From Bryobacteraceae bacterium (GTDB lineage Bacteria; Acidobacteriota; Terriglobia; Bryobacterales; Bryobacteraceae), in the NCBI GenBank assembly GCA_036379475.1, contig DASVGP010000206.1:9860-73859 (forward strand): 64,000 nt of DNA. The letters run 5' to 3'. The notes under the pieces are model-generated. The model searched no databases. It was not told where the DNA came from and saw only the letters and a list, made by a program, of their open reading frames with translations. Each line of letters begins with the position of its first letter. Position 1 is the first letter of the stretch. A program made the translations under genes and the position numbers. Positions 30,013 through 38,598 of the stretch are shown here, piece after piece.

Positions 30013-31800
30013 ATGTGTGGAATAGCAGGAGCGATTGGTCTGGGGCGCGATCGCACCTTGACACGGACAATGATCGATGCCTTGCACCATCGAGGCCCGG
30101 ACGGTGCGGCAATATGCTCCACAACTCTTGCAGATTTAGGCGCTTGTCGGTTAAGCATTATCGACCTCACCGCTGGCCCACAACCTATTTGCAATGAGGC
30201 TGGAACACTGTGGATTGCTTTCAACGGCGAGATCTATAATTTTCGTGAACTACGTCAGATGCTTCTTTTCCGAGGGCATAGATTCTCTACCCAGACCGAT
30301 ACAGAAGTAGTTCTTCATTTGTACGAGGAATTCGGTCCAGCAGGCGTGGAGAAACTCCGGGGAATGTACGCGTTTGCGATTGCCGATGACACATCCGTAT
30401 TCTTGTGCCGTGACCGGGTCGGCATAAAGCCCTTATATCTATGTACACTGAAGAACTCCAGTGTAGTTTTTGCCTCGGAAATAAAAGCTCTGCTGCAATC
30501 GCCAGACGTCAGCACAAGTATTAACTATCGGGCTCTCGCAGATAAACTCGTCTTAGGGCATCCATGCAGTACAGACACGATGTTTCAGGACATCTCGCTG
30601 CTCCCTCCGGGAACATACCTAGAAATACGGCGCAACAATGATGGCCTGGCCATTACAAGTACTTGCTACTATTCGCTTAATCTGGCCCCGAATAACTCGC
30701 GTGATGATTGTATCTGCACGGTGGCACCGATCGTGGCTAGCCTGCTGGAGGAGGCTGTTGCCTCTCATCTTGTCTCTGACGTGCCAATTAGCGTATGTCT
30801 CTCGGGCGGCCTGGATTCTAGCATCCTTGGTGCATACACGAGTCGTCAGAAGGCCGCCGCTGTCTCCACTTTCTCGATCAGCGACACCGTAACCAACCCC
30901 GATGTGACGTTGGCAAGGCGAAGCGCCAAGATCATCGGCGCTGTACATTACGAATATATCATGAGTTTTGAGGAGTTTCTTGCCGCCATTCCTGGGTGTG
31001 TAACGGCTAGTGAAACGTGGACTAGTCTATTCGCTCTGCCATTTTACATTTTATGTCAGAAGATGTCCAAGCTTACAAAGGTGTGTCTAAACGGTGAGGG
31101 TGCAGACGAGTTGTTTGGTGGTTACCCAGCCTTTCTCGCCCCTCCTTCGGCACGACTACAGCGCCTGGCGCTGGGGCTAGAGCGTGTACAGCGGCTTGGT
31201 GTTCATCCAAGTCAGCGGGCACAGCAGTTAATCGAACAATGCCAGTCCGCCCAAACACTCGCAGCATCGGCGGCAGCATCCTTTGAGTATCACTTGACCG
31301 ATCAGCTAACCAATTTTCACCTAAATGTAATTGATAAATACTCAATGGCGGCCAGTATTGAGATGCGGGTGCCATATCTGGACCAGCCACTAATTGATTA
31401 TGTAGCTAGACTGCCGGCGGCGGTTCGGTGTAATTATGTTATGGGGATCACCAAGCATGTGTTGAAACGAGTCGCTCTTCGGTTTGTACCAGAAGTTCCA
31501 GTTGATGCAATACTCAGAAAGAAGGAGGGCCTACCCAGTGCTGGCTTATTGTGCCATAGAAAACTGACCCAATTGTGTGCCACGGCTCCTGACGAGTACG
31601 TTGATAGGCATGAGTTTAGATCGTGGGTTGCGAATGATAACGACGTTAGCAGTAACAAACGAGACCTTTTACTATTTGACGCCTTTCGCTATATATTCTG
31701 TGTCCATCGCGGCGTTCCTCCTCGAGGCCTTAGCTTCCACGATCTGCTCCAACAATGGCGACCTAAACCGGGTGACGCGCAGCCAGCCGTCACACCATAG
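30013..31800 (+). CDS. Asparagine synthetase B-like glutamine amidotransferase
   Basis: N-terminal nucleophile MCGIAG (class II GATase) and PP-loop LSGGLDSS. Confidence 0.85.
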   Translation: MCGIAGAIGLGRDRTLTRTMIDALHHRGPDGAAICSTTLADLGACRLSIIDLTAGPQPICNEAGTLWIAFNGEIYNFRELRQMLLFRGHRFSTQTDTEVVLHLYEEFGPAGVEKLRGMYAFAIADDTSVFLCRDRVGIKPLYLCTLKNSSVVFASEIKALLQSPDVSTSINYRALADKLVLGHPCSTDTMFQDISLLPPGTYLEIRRNNDGLAITSTCYYSLNLAPNNSRDDCICTVAPIVASLLEEAVASHLVSDVPISVCLSGGLDSSILGAYTSRQKAAAVSTFSISDTVTNPDVTLARRSAKIIGAVHYEYIMSFEEFLAAIPGCVTASETWTSLFALPFYILCQKMSKLTKVCLNGEGADELFGGYPAFLAPPSARLQRLALGLERVQRLGVHPSQRAQQLIEQCQSAQTLAASAAASFEYHLTDQLTNFHLNVIDKYSMAASIEMRVPYLDQPLIDYVARLPAAVRCNYVMGITKHVLKRVALRFVPEVPVDAILRKKEGLPSAGLLCHRKLTQLCATAPDEYVDRHEFRSWVANDNDVSSNKRDLLLFDAFRYIFCVHRGVPPRGLSFHDLLQQWRPKPGDAQPAVTP

Positions 31801-32086
31801 GATGCTGTGTTTGGAACCTGATCCCTCGCAACTTCGCCCCTCACTGCCGCACGCAAGTGGAGTTCGCTTTTCTATGGTTCCGAACATGTACCGGCGGTTA
31901 CGCGGAGGGCAACTTGGCAGCTCGTGAGGGAGGCTAAATGTCTAGAACTGTCGCAGCCCATCTCGCCAAGGCCTCAACAGCGCGCTGCTGAGGTCTTCGG
32001 TGAGAAGCCGGGCTGTGGCTACGGAAGCGGACCACAACCTACGCTGAGGCTGGGGACTGCACAAGGTCAGAAGGGAAAGCGAGCTT

Positions 32087-34096
32087 ATGCGTATTTGCTT
32101 CGTATCTAAATATCCTCCGATTGAAGGGGGGGTGAGTATGCAAGCCTACTGGATTGCATATGGATTAGCAATGCGAGGGCATACTATAGATGTGGTCACG
32201 AACGGTGCTGAGGTAGAAAGATCATTTCGAATGGCCATTCAGCCCTCTGATCATAGCTTCCTTCAACCTACGTTTCCGGAAAGTGGTGGGCGGGTGAGGA
32301 TGATTAGTAGCGCCGCTGAACCAGCGGCTAAGGTAGCTCACATTCCTGCTTCCAATCCTTTTGTCACCAAATTGGCATCGTTGGCTTTGGACACTATCCG
32401 AGGTGGGAACCATGAAGCACTGTATTGCAGTTACTTCGAGCCATACGGTGTTGCTGGGCACCTAGCTTCAGTGTGGAGCGAAGTGCCGTACGTTTTGGAG
32501 CACGCTGGCAGCGATATAGATCGATTGATGCTGCGACCGGGATTGGCCAGCTCGTATTTGCAAATAATTACGGCAGCAGACGCCGTTATTACGCGGAGAG
32601 GATTATTAGAGCGCTTTCTGCGAATGATGGTGAGGCCTGATAGGTTGCATGTCGACGTACCATTCGCGGTTCCGCCACTCTTTTCTCCAAGAGAACCAGC
32701 ACTCGACATCAACAGTCTAGCGCAGAGCCTCTCAGAGACTGACGTCTCCCATATTCCATCTGAATTGCGACCGGCCGCAAAGACGTTTGATCCAGGCTTA
32801 CCCACCATTGGAATATATGGAAAAGTCGGTGAGGCCAAAGGATCCTTCGATTTGCTTGGTGCGTTGAGGGACCTAAAACAGCAAGGCCTGAAGTTTAATC
32901 TTCTTGCAATGATAAACGGTTGGAGTGCAGCTCGCTTTTTTGCACGAGTAGTTGAGAGTGACCTATCGGAGGTCACCTGGGTCCTTCCGTTCCTTCCACA
33001 CTGGCGCGTTCCAAGCTTCATACGAGCCTGTACTGCGGTCTGTTTTTTAGAACGAGGTTTTCAGATCGGAATCCATGGGCCTAGGGTTCCGCGAGAAGTG
33101 CTGGCGTGCGGCACCTGTCTCATTTTGTCGCAAGAGATTGCGGCCAAGCAATTCTACGCGGAACAGATTGTAGATGGAAGCAACATGGTGCTCATCCAGG
33201 ATCCGCGCGAACGCGTAGATCTCGCGAATAAGCTTCGACTGGTTGTTGACAATCCAGAGTTTGCGAGGAAGGTAGGATTGGAGGCCGCTACGGTCTCGAA
33301 AAACATCGAGCACTTCGACTCGGCCATCGATGGTTACGAACGCGTGTTTTGGGACACCATGGGCAAGTCGCGCCACGATTCTTTAGGTAAGCGTTATTCA
33401 GCCCAGGTGTCACCCGGCACAGCCGCACGCCTCAATTCTGAAACCTGCATTAACGCACTTTTGCCTTCAGCCTCCCAGCTCATGGCTAAGTACCATTTAT
33501 CGCTGGCCGCGGCAGCCGAAGCTGAGGCGAGCCCGTTGGCTGCTGCCCGCGGAGTGCTGGATGCGCTCACCGCTCACATCCAAAACGAGCCCGAACCGAC
33601 GCGTTCAGCTCTCGCAGACCTCCTTCGCTATGAAAGTGCTCCGCTACTAATGGCACAGCAGCGGCTGCTTAAGGGTGCGCTGCCGTGGTTCAATACGCCC
33701 GATTCGCTGCTTGATGGTGATATTACACGCGGTGGAGCACTTCACCAGGACCTTCGGCCGGTACTCTCCAACTACTGCATCGTATTAGAACTGCAGTATT
33801 CTCCTGAGGATACGCGGGAACTTCTGAGTAATAATGCTCATCTCCTCACAGCCGCTCCAATGACACTGCTTGTCATACTGCGACCCAACTTTTCCACTGT
33901 CGTTTTGAAAGTGTCCGCACTCACGCTGGAGGTCATACGGCTCGCCGACGGCTTCAGGACGATTAGAGATATCGAGAGCTGCTTAGCTAGACAACAGCGG
34001 TTTCAGAAGACAGAAGAACACAGCGCCTCTCTCTGCGAGCTGCTAGTTCGCCTCAGGAGCAAAGAGATTTTGGTGTTGTCTAGTAGCCCCAGGTGA
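32087..34096 (+). CDS. GT-B glycosyltransferase (GT1/GT4) fused to a ~240-aa C-terminal region ending in a PqqD-like RRE
   Basis: N-terminus MRICFVSKYPPIEGGVSMQAYWIAYGLAMRGHTIDVV is typical of GT4. The C-terminus TLLVILRPNFSTVVLKVSALTLEVIRLADGFRTIRDIES...LCELLVRLRSKEILVL parallels the MNIO partner's tail. Confidence 0.7.
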   Translation: MRICFVSKYPPIEGGVSMQAYWIAYGLAMRGHTIDVVTNGAEVERSFRMAIQPSDHSFLQPTFPESGGRVRMISSAAEPAAKVAHIPASNPFVTKLASLALDTIRGGNHEALYCSYFEPYGVAGHLASVWSEVPYVLEHAGSDIDRLMLRPGLASSYLQIITAADAVITRRGLLERFLRMMVRPDRLHVDVPFAVPPLFSPREPALDINSLAQSLSETDVSHIPSELRPAAKTFDPGLPTIGIYGKVGEAKGSFDLLGALRDLKQQGLKFNLLAMINGWSAARFFARVVESDLSEVTWVLPFLPHWRVPSFIRACTAVCFLERGFQIGIHGPRVPREVLACGTCLILSQEIAAKQFYAEQIVDGSNMVLIQDPRERVDLANKLRLVVDNPEFARKVGLEAATVSKNIEHFDSAIDGYERVFWDTMGKSRHDSLGKRYSAQVSPGTAARLNSETCINALLPSASQLMAKYHLSLAAAAEAEASPLAAARGVLDALTAHIQNEPEPTRSALADLLRYESAPLLMAQQRLLKGALPWFNTPDSLLDGDITRGGALHQDLRPVLSNYCIVLELQYSPEDTRELLSNNAHLLTAAPMTLLVILRPNFSTVVLKVSALTLEVIRLADGFRTIRDIESCLARQQRFQKTEEHSASLCELLVRLRSKEILVLSSSPR

Positions 34097-34109
34097 GCGA
34101 GGTGTAAAA

Positions 34110-35348
34110 ATGCCGACCGTGGATCACCACAACCAGCTATCGCTAATTGGCGGCGCTTCTGAATGTGTACGGGGAGACATTGAGGTCGTGCCGCAAACCA
34201 TAGGCACCACTATACGCTACGTGGTAGTAGATCCAAAGGCACAACGCTATTTTGTTTTACCAGCTGAGGATTACTACGTCTTTAGTCTTTTGGATGGTAA
34301 CCACTCTCTTGAAGACATCAGTGGCAGGCTAAAGCTCGATTATGGTCTTGCGGCCTCGCTAGCCACCATAGAGCGTTTTATACTTCGTTTGCGAGCGGCG
34401 GGATTGCTTCTCACTGCTCCGGAGCCATCACGCAGGCCGCGCCCATATGAACTGCTCAATAAGGTGCTGTATTTGCGAGTAAAAGCGATTAACCCCGATC
34501 GCTTGCTGACATTTATTCTTCCGTACGTTAAGATGTTATTTACTCCTCTATTTGTAATCGTTGCTTGCATCCTTATTGCATCAGCTAGTGGTCTCATAGT
34601 CACACACAAATCTAAGTTGTATAGTGATATGAGGGTAGTAGTTAAAAGCGGGTTGATTGTATGGTTATGGCTGCCTAGTTTGGTAGCCGCAGCATTACAC
34701 GAGTGCGCTCACGGATGCACTTGTAAATATTGGGGTTGTCGTGTCAAGGAAATGGGGCTGCTATTAATTTATTTTTGCCCTGCCCTGTACTGCGATGTGA
34801 CCGATGCATGGCGATTGGCTGACAAGAAGCCTAGACTGTTGATTATGGTTGCCGGCGGATTGTTCGAGGCATTCATATGGGCCGTGGCGGTTCACCTATG
34901 GATACTCGCGTCTAACCCACATATACAACTGGTGCTTACGCTTGTAATTATGGCATCCGGGGCAGTGTTGCTACTAAATTTTAATCCACTGATAAAGCTC
35001 GACGGATACTATATCCTAAGTGATCTACTAGACATACCGAATCTGCGCTCGAGGTCGCTACGGTTCACTGCGCGCACCGTTAAGGCCGTTCTGTGCCGGA
35101 AAGCGATTCCACGTGCTGCCATGAAGGAACGGATAGCCTATTTAGGATATGCCGGTTTTGCAGTGCCATTTTCAGCGTATTTCCTGTGTGCTGGTACGGA
35201 TAGACTTATACATACGATGCTTCATACCAAAAATACGTGGGCGTTTGGCGTGTCAGCCATATTTATGACGTTATTCATAAGTAAACTCGCAATTACCATT
35301 GCCGAACACATCGCGAGGAAGCGTTCTAAGCAGCAGGCGCGTGCGTGA
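34110..35348 (+). CDS. Membrane M50 (site-2 protease family) zinc metalloprotease with N-terminal PqqD-like domain
   Basis: HExxH (LHECAHG) in a TM helix and LLNFNPLIKLDGYY (NxxPxxxxDG). The N-terminal YVVVDPKAQRYFVLPAEDYYVFSLLDGNHSLEDISGRL...FILRLRAAGLL is RRE-like. Confidence 0.8.
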   Translation: MPTVDHHNQLSLIGGASECVRGDIEVVPQTIGTTIRYVVVDPKAQRYFVLPAEDYYVFSLLDGNHSLEDISGRLKLDYGLAASLATIERFILRLRAAGLLLTAPEPSRRPRPYELLNKVLYLRVKAINPDRLLTFILPYVKMLFTPLFVIVACILIASASGLIVTHKSKLYSDMRVVVKSGLIVWLWLPSLVAAALHECAHGCTCKYWGCRVKEMGLLLIYFCPALYCDVTDAWRLADKKPRLLIMVAGGLFEAFIWAVAVHLWILASNPHIQLVLTLVIMASGAVLLLNFNPLIKLDGYYILSDLLDIPNLRSRSLRFTARTVKAVLCRKAIPRAAMKERIAYLGYAGFAVPFSAYFLCAGTDRLIHTMLHTKNTWAFGVSAIFMTLFISKLAITIAEHIARKRSKQQARA

Positions 35349-35495
35349 GTAGAGTAGGCAAATAACGTAATTGCGTGGCCATAGAATTAATACGAAATCA
35401 CGTAATTCGCGGTTCCCGCTGTTTTCTCGGGCGCATTTCCTTCCGAAAGGTCATTCATCATTTCGAGGGAAGGACTGTCGTTTCCGAGGGTCTAC

Positions 35496-35526
35496 TGCAT
35501 TGCGCAAACAACCGTTTGGCAATGCA
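35496..35526. terminator. 13-bp stem-loop (one bulge) at the convergent junction after the M50 gene
   Basis: TGCATTGCGCAAAC / loop AACC / GTTTGGCAATGCA. No U-tract on either strand. Confidence 0.35.
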
Positions 35527-35595
35527 CGCAATTCGCAATAATGGGCCAAAAGGCTCTTTCACGCGATTTCTCGCGAACCGTTCTTTGGTTCGGCG

Positions 35596-36237
35596 TCAAT
35601 TTGGATCGGGGAATTCCCGCTCCTGCCACTGCGCGTATTCCTCGGGTGAGATCAGGTGCTCGCGTCCGTCCCGAATCCACAGAGGATACAGCTCCGGGTA
35701 CATCGGGTCCAAGCTGCTCAGCAGGCCGGCCAAGCCGTTTTTCCGTTCGCGTTTGCTCCAGGCGGCAAACTGGGCCGCACGCGTTTCGGCGTTTTCCTCG
35801 AGAAAAGGATGCTCGGCCGACAGCCGCTCCCATTGCGCTTTGATTTCCGGTGCGTTCTCCTGGAACTCGGCCGCGAGTGCCTGCTCGATTAAAAATTCCA
35901 GCTCGTAGGCGACGATTTGATGCTCCTTGCCGTGGTCGAGGAAAGCCAGCGAGTCGCGCAACTGCCGCGACTGAACCAGCAAAGTGGGCCACAGCATCTC
36001 GACGCCCAGGCGTGTTCCGATTTCCGGATACATCGGGTCTGGCTTTTGCTTCCGCCGTTGCCCTTCGTAAGCCTTGCGGAGGTCGTACGCCAAGCTGAGA
36101 AAGAAGCCTTCCTTGTCGCGGATCAGGGGAGAGCGCTCGTTGACGTTATGGACGATTTTGTGCGCCCGCCGCAGCGAGAGATAATCCGACAACAGCGCGA
36201 TGCCGGCAGCGTTTTTCAGTGCCTTGTAGGTGAACAT
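35596..36237 (-). CDS. Hypothetical protein, third gene of the HNH-integrase module
   Basis: 213-aa ORF with protein-like composition. Its C-terminal motif ELYPLWIRD...ISPEEY recurs in the decayed module near 20.9 kb. Confidence 0.6.
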   Translation of the reverse strand: MFTYKALKNAAGIALLSDYLSLRRAHKIVHNVNERSPLIRDKEGFFLSLAYDLRKAYEGQRRKQKPDPMYPEIGTRLGVEMLWPTLLVQSRQLRDSLAFLDHGKEHQIVAYELEFLIEQALAAEFQENAPEIKAQWERLSAEHPFLEENAETRAAQFAAWSKRERKNGLAGLLSSLDPMYPELYPLWIRDGREHLISPEEYAQWQEREFPDPN

Positions 36238-36313
36238 GAGCGGCTCAAGGAAATCCTACAGCCGACGAGGCGCGGCGCTTGATCCTCCCGGCAGTGTCGC
36301 GGCCATTTTCTCC

Positions 36314-37276
36314 CTACTGCCGGGAGTTTTTTGTCCGCTCTCCGCTCGCGATCCGAATGCCCAGGTGGTCGCAGGGCGCATCGTTGAGATCCTGCCGCAC
36401 TCCCAAATACCTTTCCGTCGTTTGTATAGAAGCATGCCCCAAGGAAAGTTGGATCTGTTCGAGCGGCGCCCGACCTTTGTGGGCGAGTTTCGCAAACGTG
36501 CGCCGCACGTCGTGGGGCGCGATCGCCGCCCCGATCTTTTCTCCGTAGAAATTCACCACCTCGTAGACCGCCTGTGCGCCGAGCCCCTGGCGCACGAGGC
36601 GCCCGCCTTTGTTCACCGCGCCGAGCAACGGCCCGTTTTGGAATCCGGCCGCCGCGAGCCACTCGTCTACCGCGGTTTTGGCCCACGCCGGCATGGGCAC
36701 GGTGCGGATGCGATTGCCCTTGCCCGCGAGATCGACCAGGCACCAGCGCCCGTCGCGCTGCTGGATGGCTTCGATTTCTAACGCGGCGAGTTCCTCGCGG
36801 CGCACGCCGCAGCCTACGAGCAGCGCCAGCAGCGCGCGGTCGCGCTTTCCTTTTAGCGTTTTTCCATCCGGCAGATCCAAAAGCCGCTCGGCCTGGTCCA
36901 AGGTGAGCCAGTTCCCTGCCCGGACGCCGTGCCGCTTGGCTCCTTTCACGCGCGCGATCGCCGCCGCGGTTTCGGGCGGAAGGAAACCGTTGTCGGCCGC
37001 CTCGGCCGCCAGCTTTTTGAGCGCGCTCAAGCGGACATTAATCGAGGAGGCGGCGAGGCCGACCGTTTCCTGGGCCGTGCGCCAGGCCTGCACGGTGGCT
37101 TTGGTGAAGCCGGGCGGCCCGCTTTGCGCGCACCAGACGCGGAAGCTTTCCAATGCCTGGTCGTAAGCGCGTTTCGAGTGCGCGGAGGAGACGCTATCGA
37201 GCACGAGCTGCTTCAGACGGCCCCAAAGCTCTTCGTTTGCCGTGCGCGCGAGCGCTGTCTGGTTTCCTTCGCTCAT
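36314..37276 (-). CDS. Tyrosine recombinase/integrase
   Basis: Start taken at MSEGNQ (ATG at 37276). Catalytic signature VGCGVRREEL (R), HDVRRTF (HxxR), LGHASIQTTERYL (H...Y). Confidence 0.88.
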   Translation of the reverse strand: MSEGNQTALARTANEELWGRLKQLVLDSVSSAHSKRAYDQALESFRVWCAQSGPPGFTKATVQAWRTAQETVGLAASSINVRLSALKKLAAEAADNGFLPPETAAAIARVKGAKRHGVRAGNWLTLDQAERLLDLPDGKTLKGKRDRALLALLVGCGVRREELAALEIEAIQQRDGRWCLVDLAGKGNRIRTVPMPAWAKTAVDEWLAAAGFQNGPLLGAVNKGGRLVRQGLGAQAVYEVVNFYGEKIGAAIAPHDVRRTFAKLAHKGRAPLEQIQLSLGHASIQTTERYLGVRQDLNDAPCDHLGIRIASGERTKNSRQ

Positions 37277-37665
37277 GCGGCCAACGGAAACTGCAACTGC
37301 AGAGGGCGGCCGGGATGCTGCTCGGCCCACAACTCTGCCAGCAATGGCAGGATCCATCTGCGAATAGCCAGAAGACGGTGGAGGCGTGCGTGGCAGCAGG
37401 CGCAGACGGTGATCAGCATCTCGGGTCTGTTGAGACCGGGCTGCCGGTGATGCACGTGCAACCGCTCGACCGAGCCGCAGGCGCGGCACCGATGGCCGTC
37501 GCGATCAAGAATTTCCTCTCGCAATCCGGAAAACCGGGCGCGGGAGTCGGCGAGGGCGCGGTAGCACGGGCGGCAGAGTCCGCCGATGGCGGGAAGGGCT
37601 CTGCCGCAGGGGCAAAAGAGCGGCCGTTGGGTAGGGAGACAGCGACGACGGGGCAAAAGTTCCAA
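37273..37665 (-). CDS. HNH-motif zinc-finger nuclease-like protein, translationally coupled to the integrase
   Basis: CPCG...CRPC, DGHRCRACGS, LHVHHRQPG...NRPEMLITVCACCHARLH. Its stop overlaps the integrase ATG (ATGA at 37273-37276). Confidence 0.75.
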   Translation of the reverse strand: MELLPRRRCLPTQRPLFCPCGRALPAIGGLCRPCYRALADSRARFSGLREEILDRDGHRCRACGSVERLHVHHRQPGLNRPEMLITVCACCHARLHRLLAIRRWILPLLAELWAEQHPGRPLQLQFPLAA

Positions 37666-37900
37666 AGGACAGTATACAGCAGAATAGCTGTTGATAATAG
37701 GTATTATCGTAGGCTATTTTTTAGGATGGTGACAGAACTTCGCCAGAACGCAGCCGGATGAGGTACTTCGCGAGCGGGAGGCGGAAATCCAAATAGGGCA
37801 AGGACTTCGGATTGGAAAGATGGCCGGGTTGTTCCTGCAGGAACCGAAACCGCAAAAGCATGCGCTCCGGCTGGCCTGATTCGTGGCATACCGGGAAGGC

Positions 37901-38305
37901 TCAATCGAATGCAAAACGGCCTTCGCGGTGCAAAGCTTCCCGAACGGCCCGAAAATCGGAAGCGTTGATCGCCAGGACTCGAACGGTAGCGCGCCCGATA
38001 GCTGTTCTTCCAAGCAAATCGGTTCCGCGCCACTCGAAATGATCGCGCCAGAGATCTCGCCTTGGATCAAAAAGCTGAACCAATTTTCCATCGCTCGGGT
38101 CAAGACCGGCCAGATTGGGTCCTTTGTGCCGATTACAGTGCAAACACGCTAGTGCTAGGTTTTCCAGTTCCGTGGCACCGCCGTGCTGCCGCGGAATGAC
38201 GTGATCCAGGTGAAAAGTAAGCGGATAGAACCCGGCAGGCAGATGACAATACTCGCACCGGCGGTCCGCTCGTTGCCAGACCTGCCGGATGAGACTCGCA
38301 TTCAC
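37901..38305 (-). CDS. HNH endonuclease
   Basis: CEYCHL...HLDHVIPRQHGG...NLALACLHCNRHKG. Confidence 0.85.
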   Translation of the reverse strand: MNASLIRQVWQRADRRCEYCHLPAGFYPLTFHLDHVIPRQHGGATELENLALACLHCNRHKGPNLAGLDPSDGKLVQLFDPRRDLWRDHFEWRGTDLLGRTAIGRATVRVLAINASDFRAVREALHREGRFAFD

Positions 38306-38598
38306 GAATGCGGGCCGGGGGCTTCTTGGCTGGCCAGCACCAGTCGGGCCTTGGACTGCATGACGGCCAACAGATTAGCGATATGTAAGTAACCGTCGAA
38401 CTCGCGACCTTCCTCTTCGCTCAAAGTTCCGGCTTGTGATCGGTCGGCGAGCTCCTGTAGGCGGCCTTGATCGTTCTCAGTGAATCGCACCCCGAGAAGG
38501 TATCGGGCGGCCTCGGGAGCCAGGTCCTGCGGCTGAGACTCAATCAGACGCGCCCAGATAGCTGCCTCACTGTCAGGCGTAATCAACTGTGAACTCAT
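38302..38598 (-). CDS. Small acidic protein coupled to the HNH endonuclease (function unknown)
   Basis: 98 aa. Its stop overlaps the HNH start by 4 nt. Confidence 0.5.
   Translation of the reverse strand: MSSQLITPDSEAAIWARLIESQPQDLAPEAARYLLGVRFTENDQGRLQELADRSQAGTLSEEEGREFDGYLHIANLLAVMQSKARLVLASQEAPGPHS

Noticed and set aside
30013-31800. AsnB homologue as a lasso-peptide cyclase
   Set aside because: It retains the Cys1 glutamine-amidotransferase nucleophile. No transglutaminase-like leader peptidase (B protein) is present. The candidate core is Cys/Ser/Gly-rich and lacks the Asp/Glu at positions 7-9 needed for a macrolactam.
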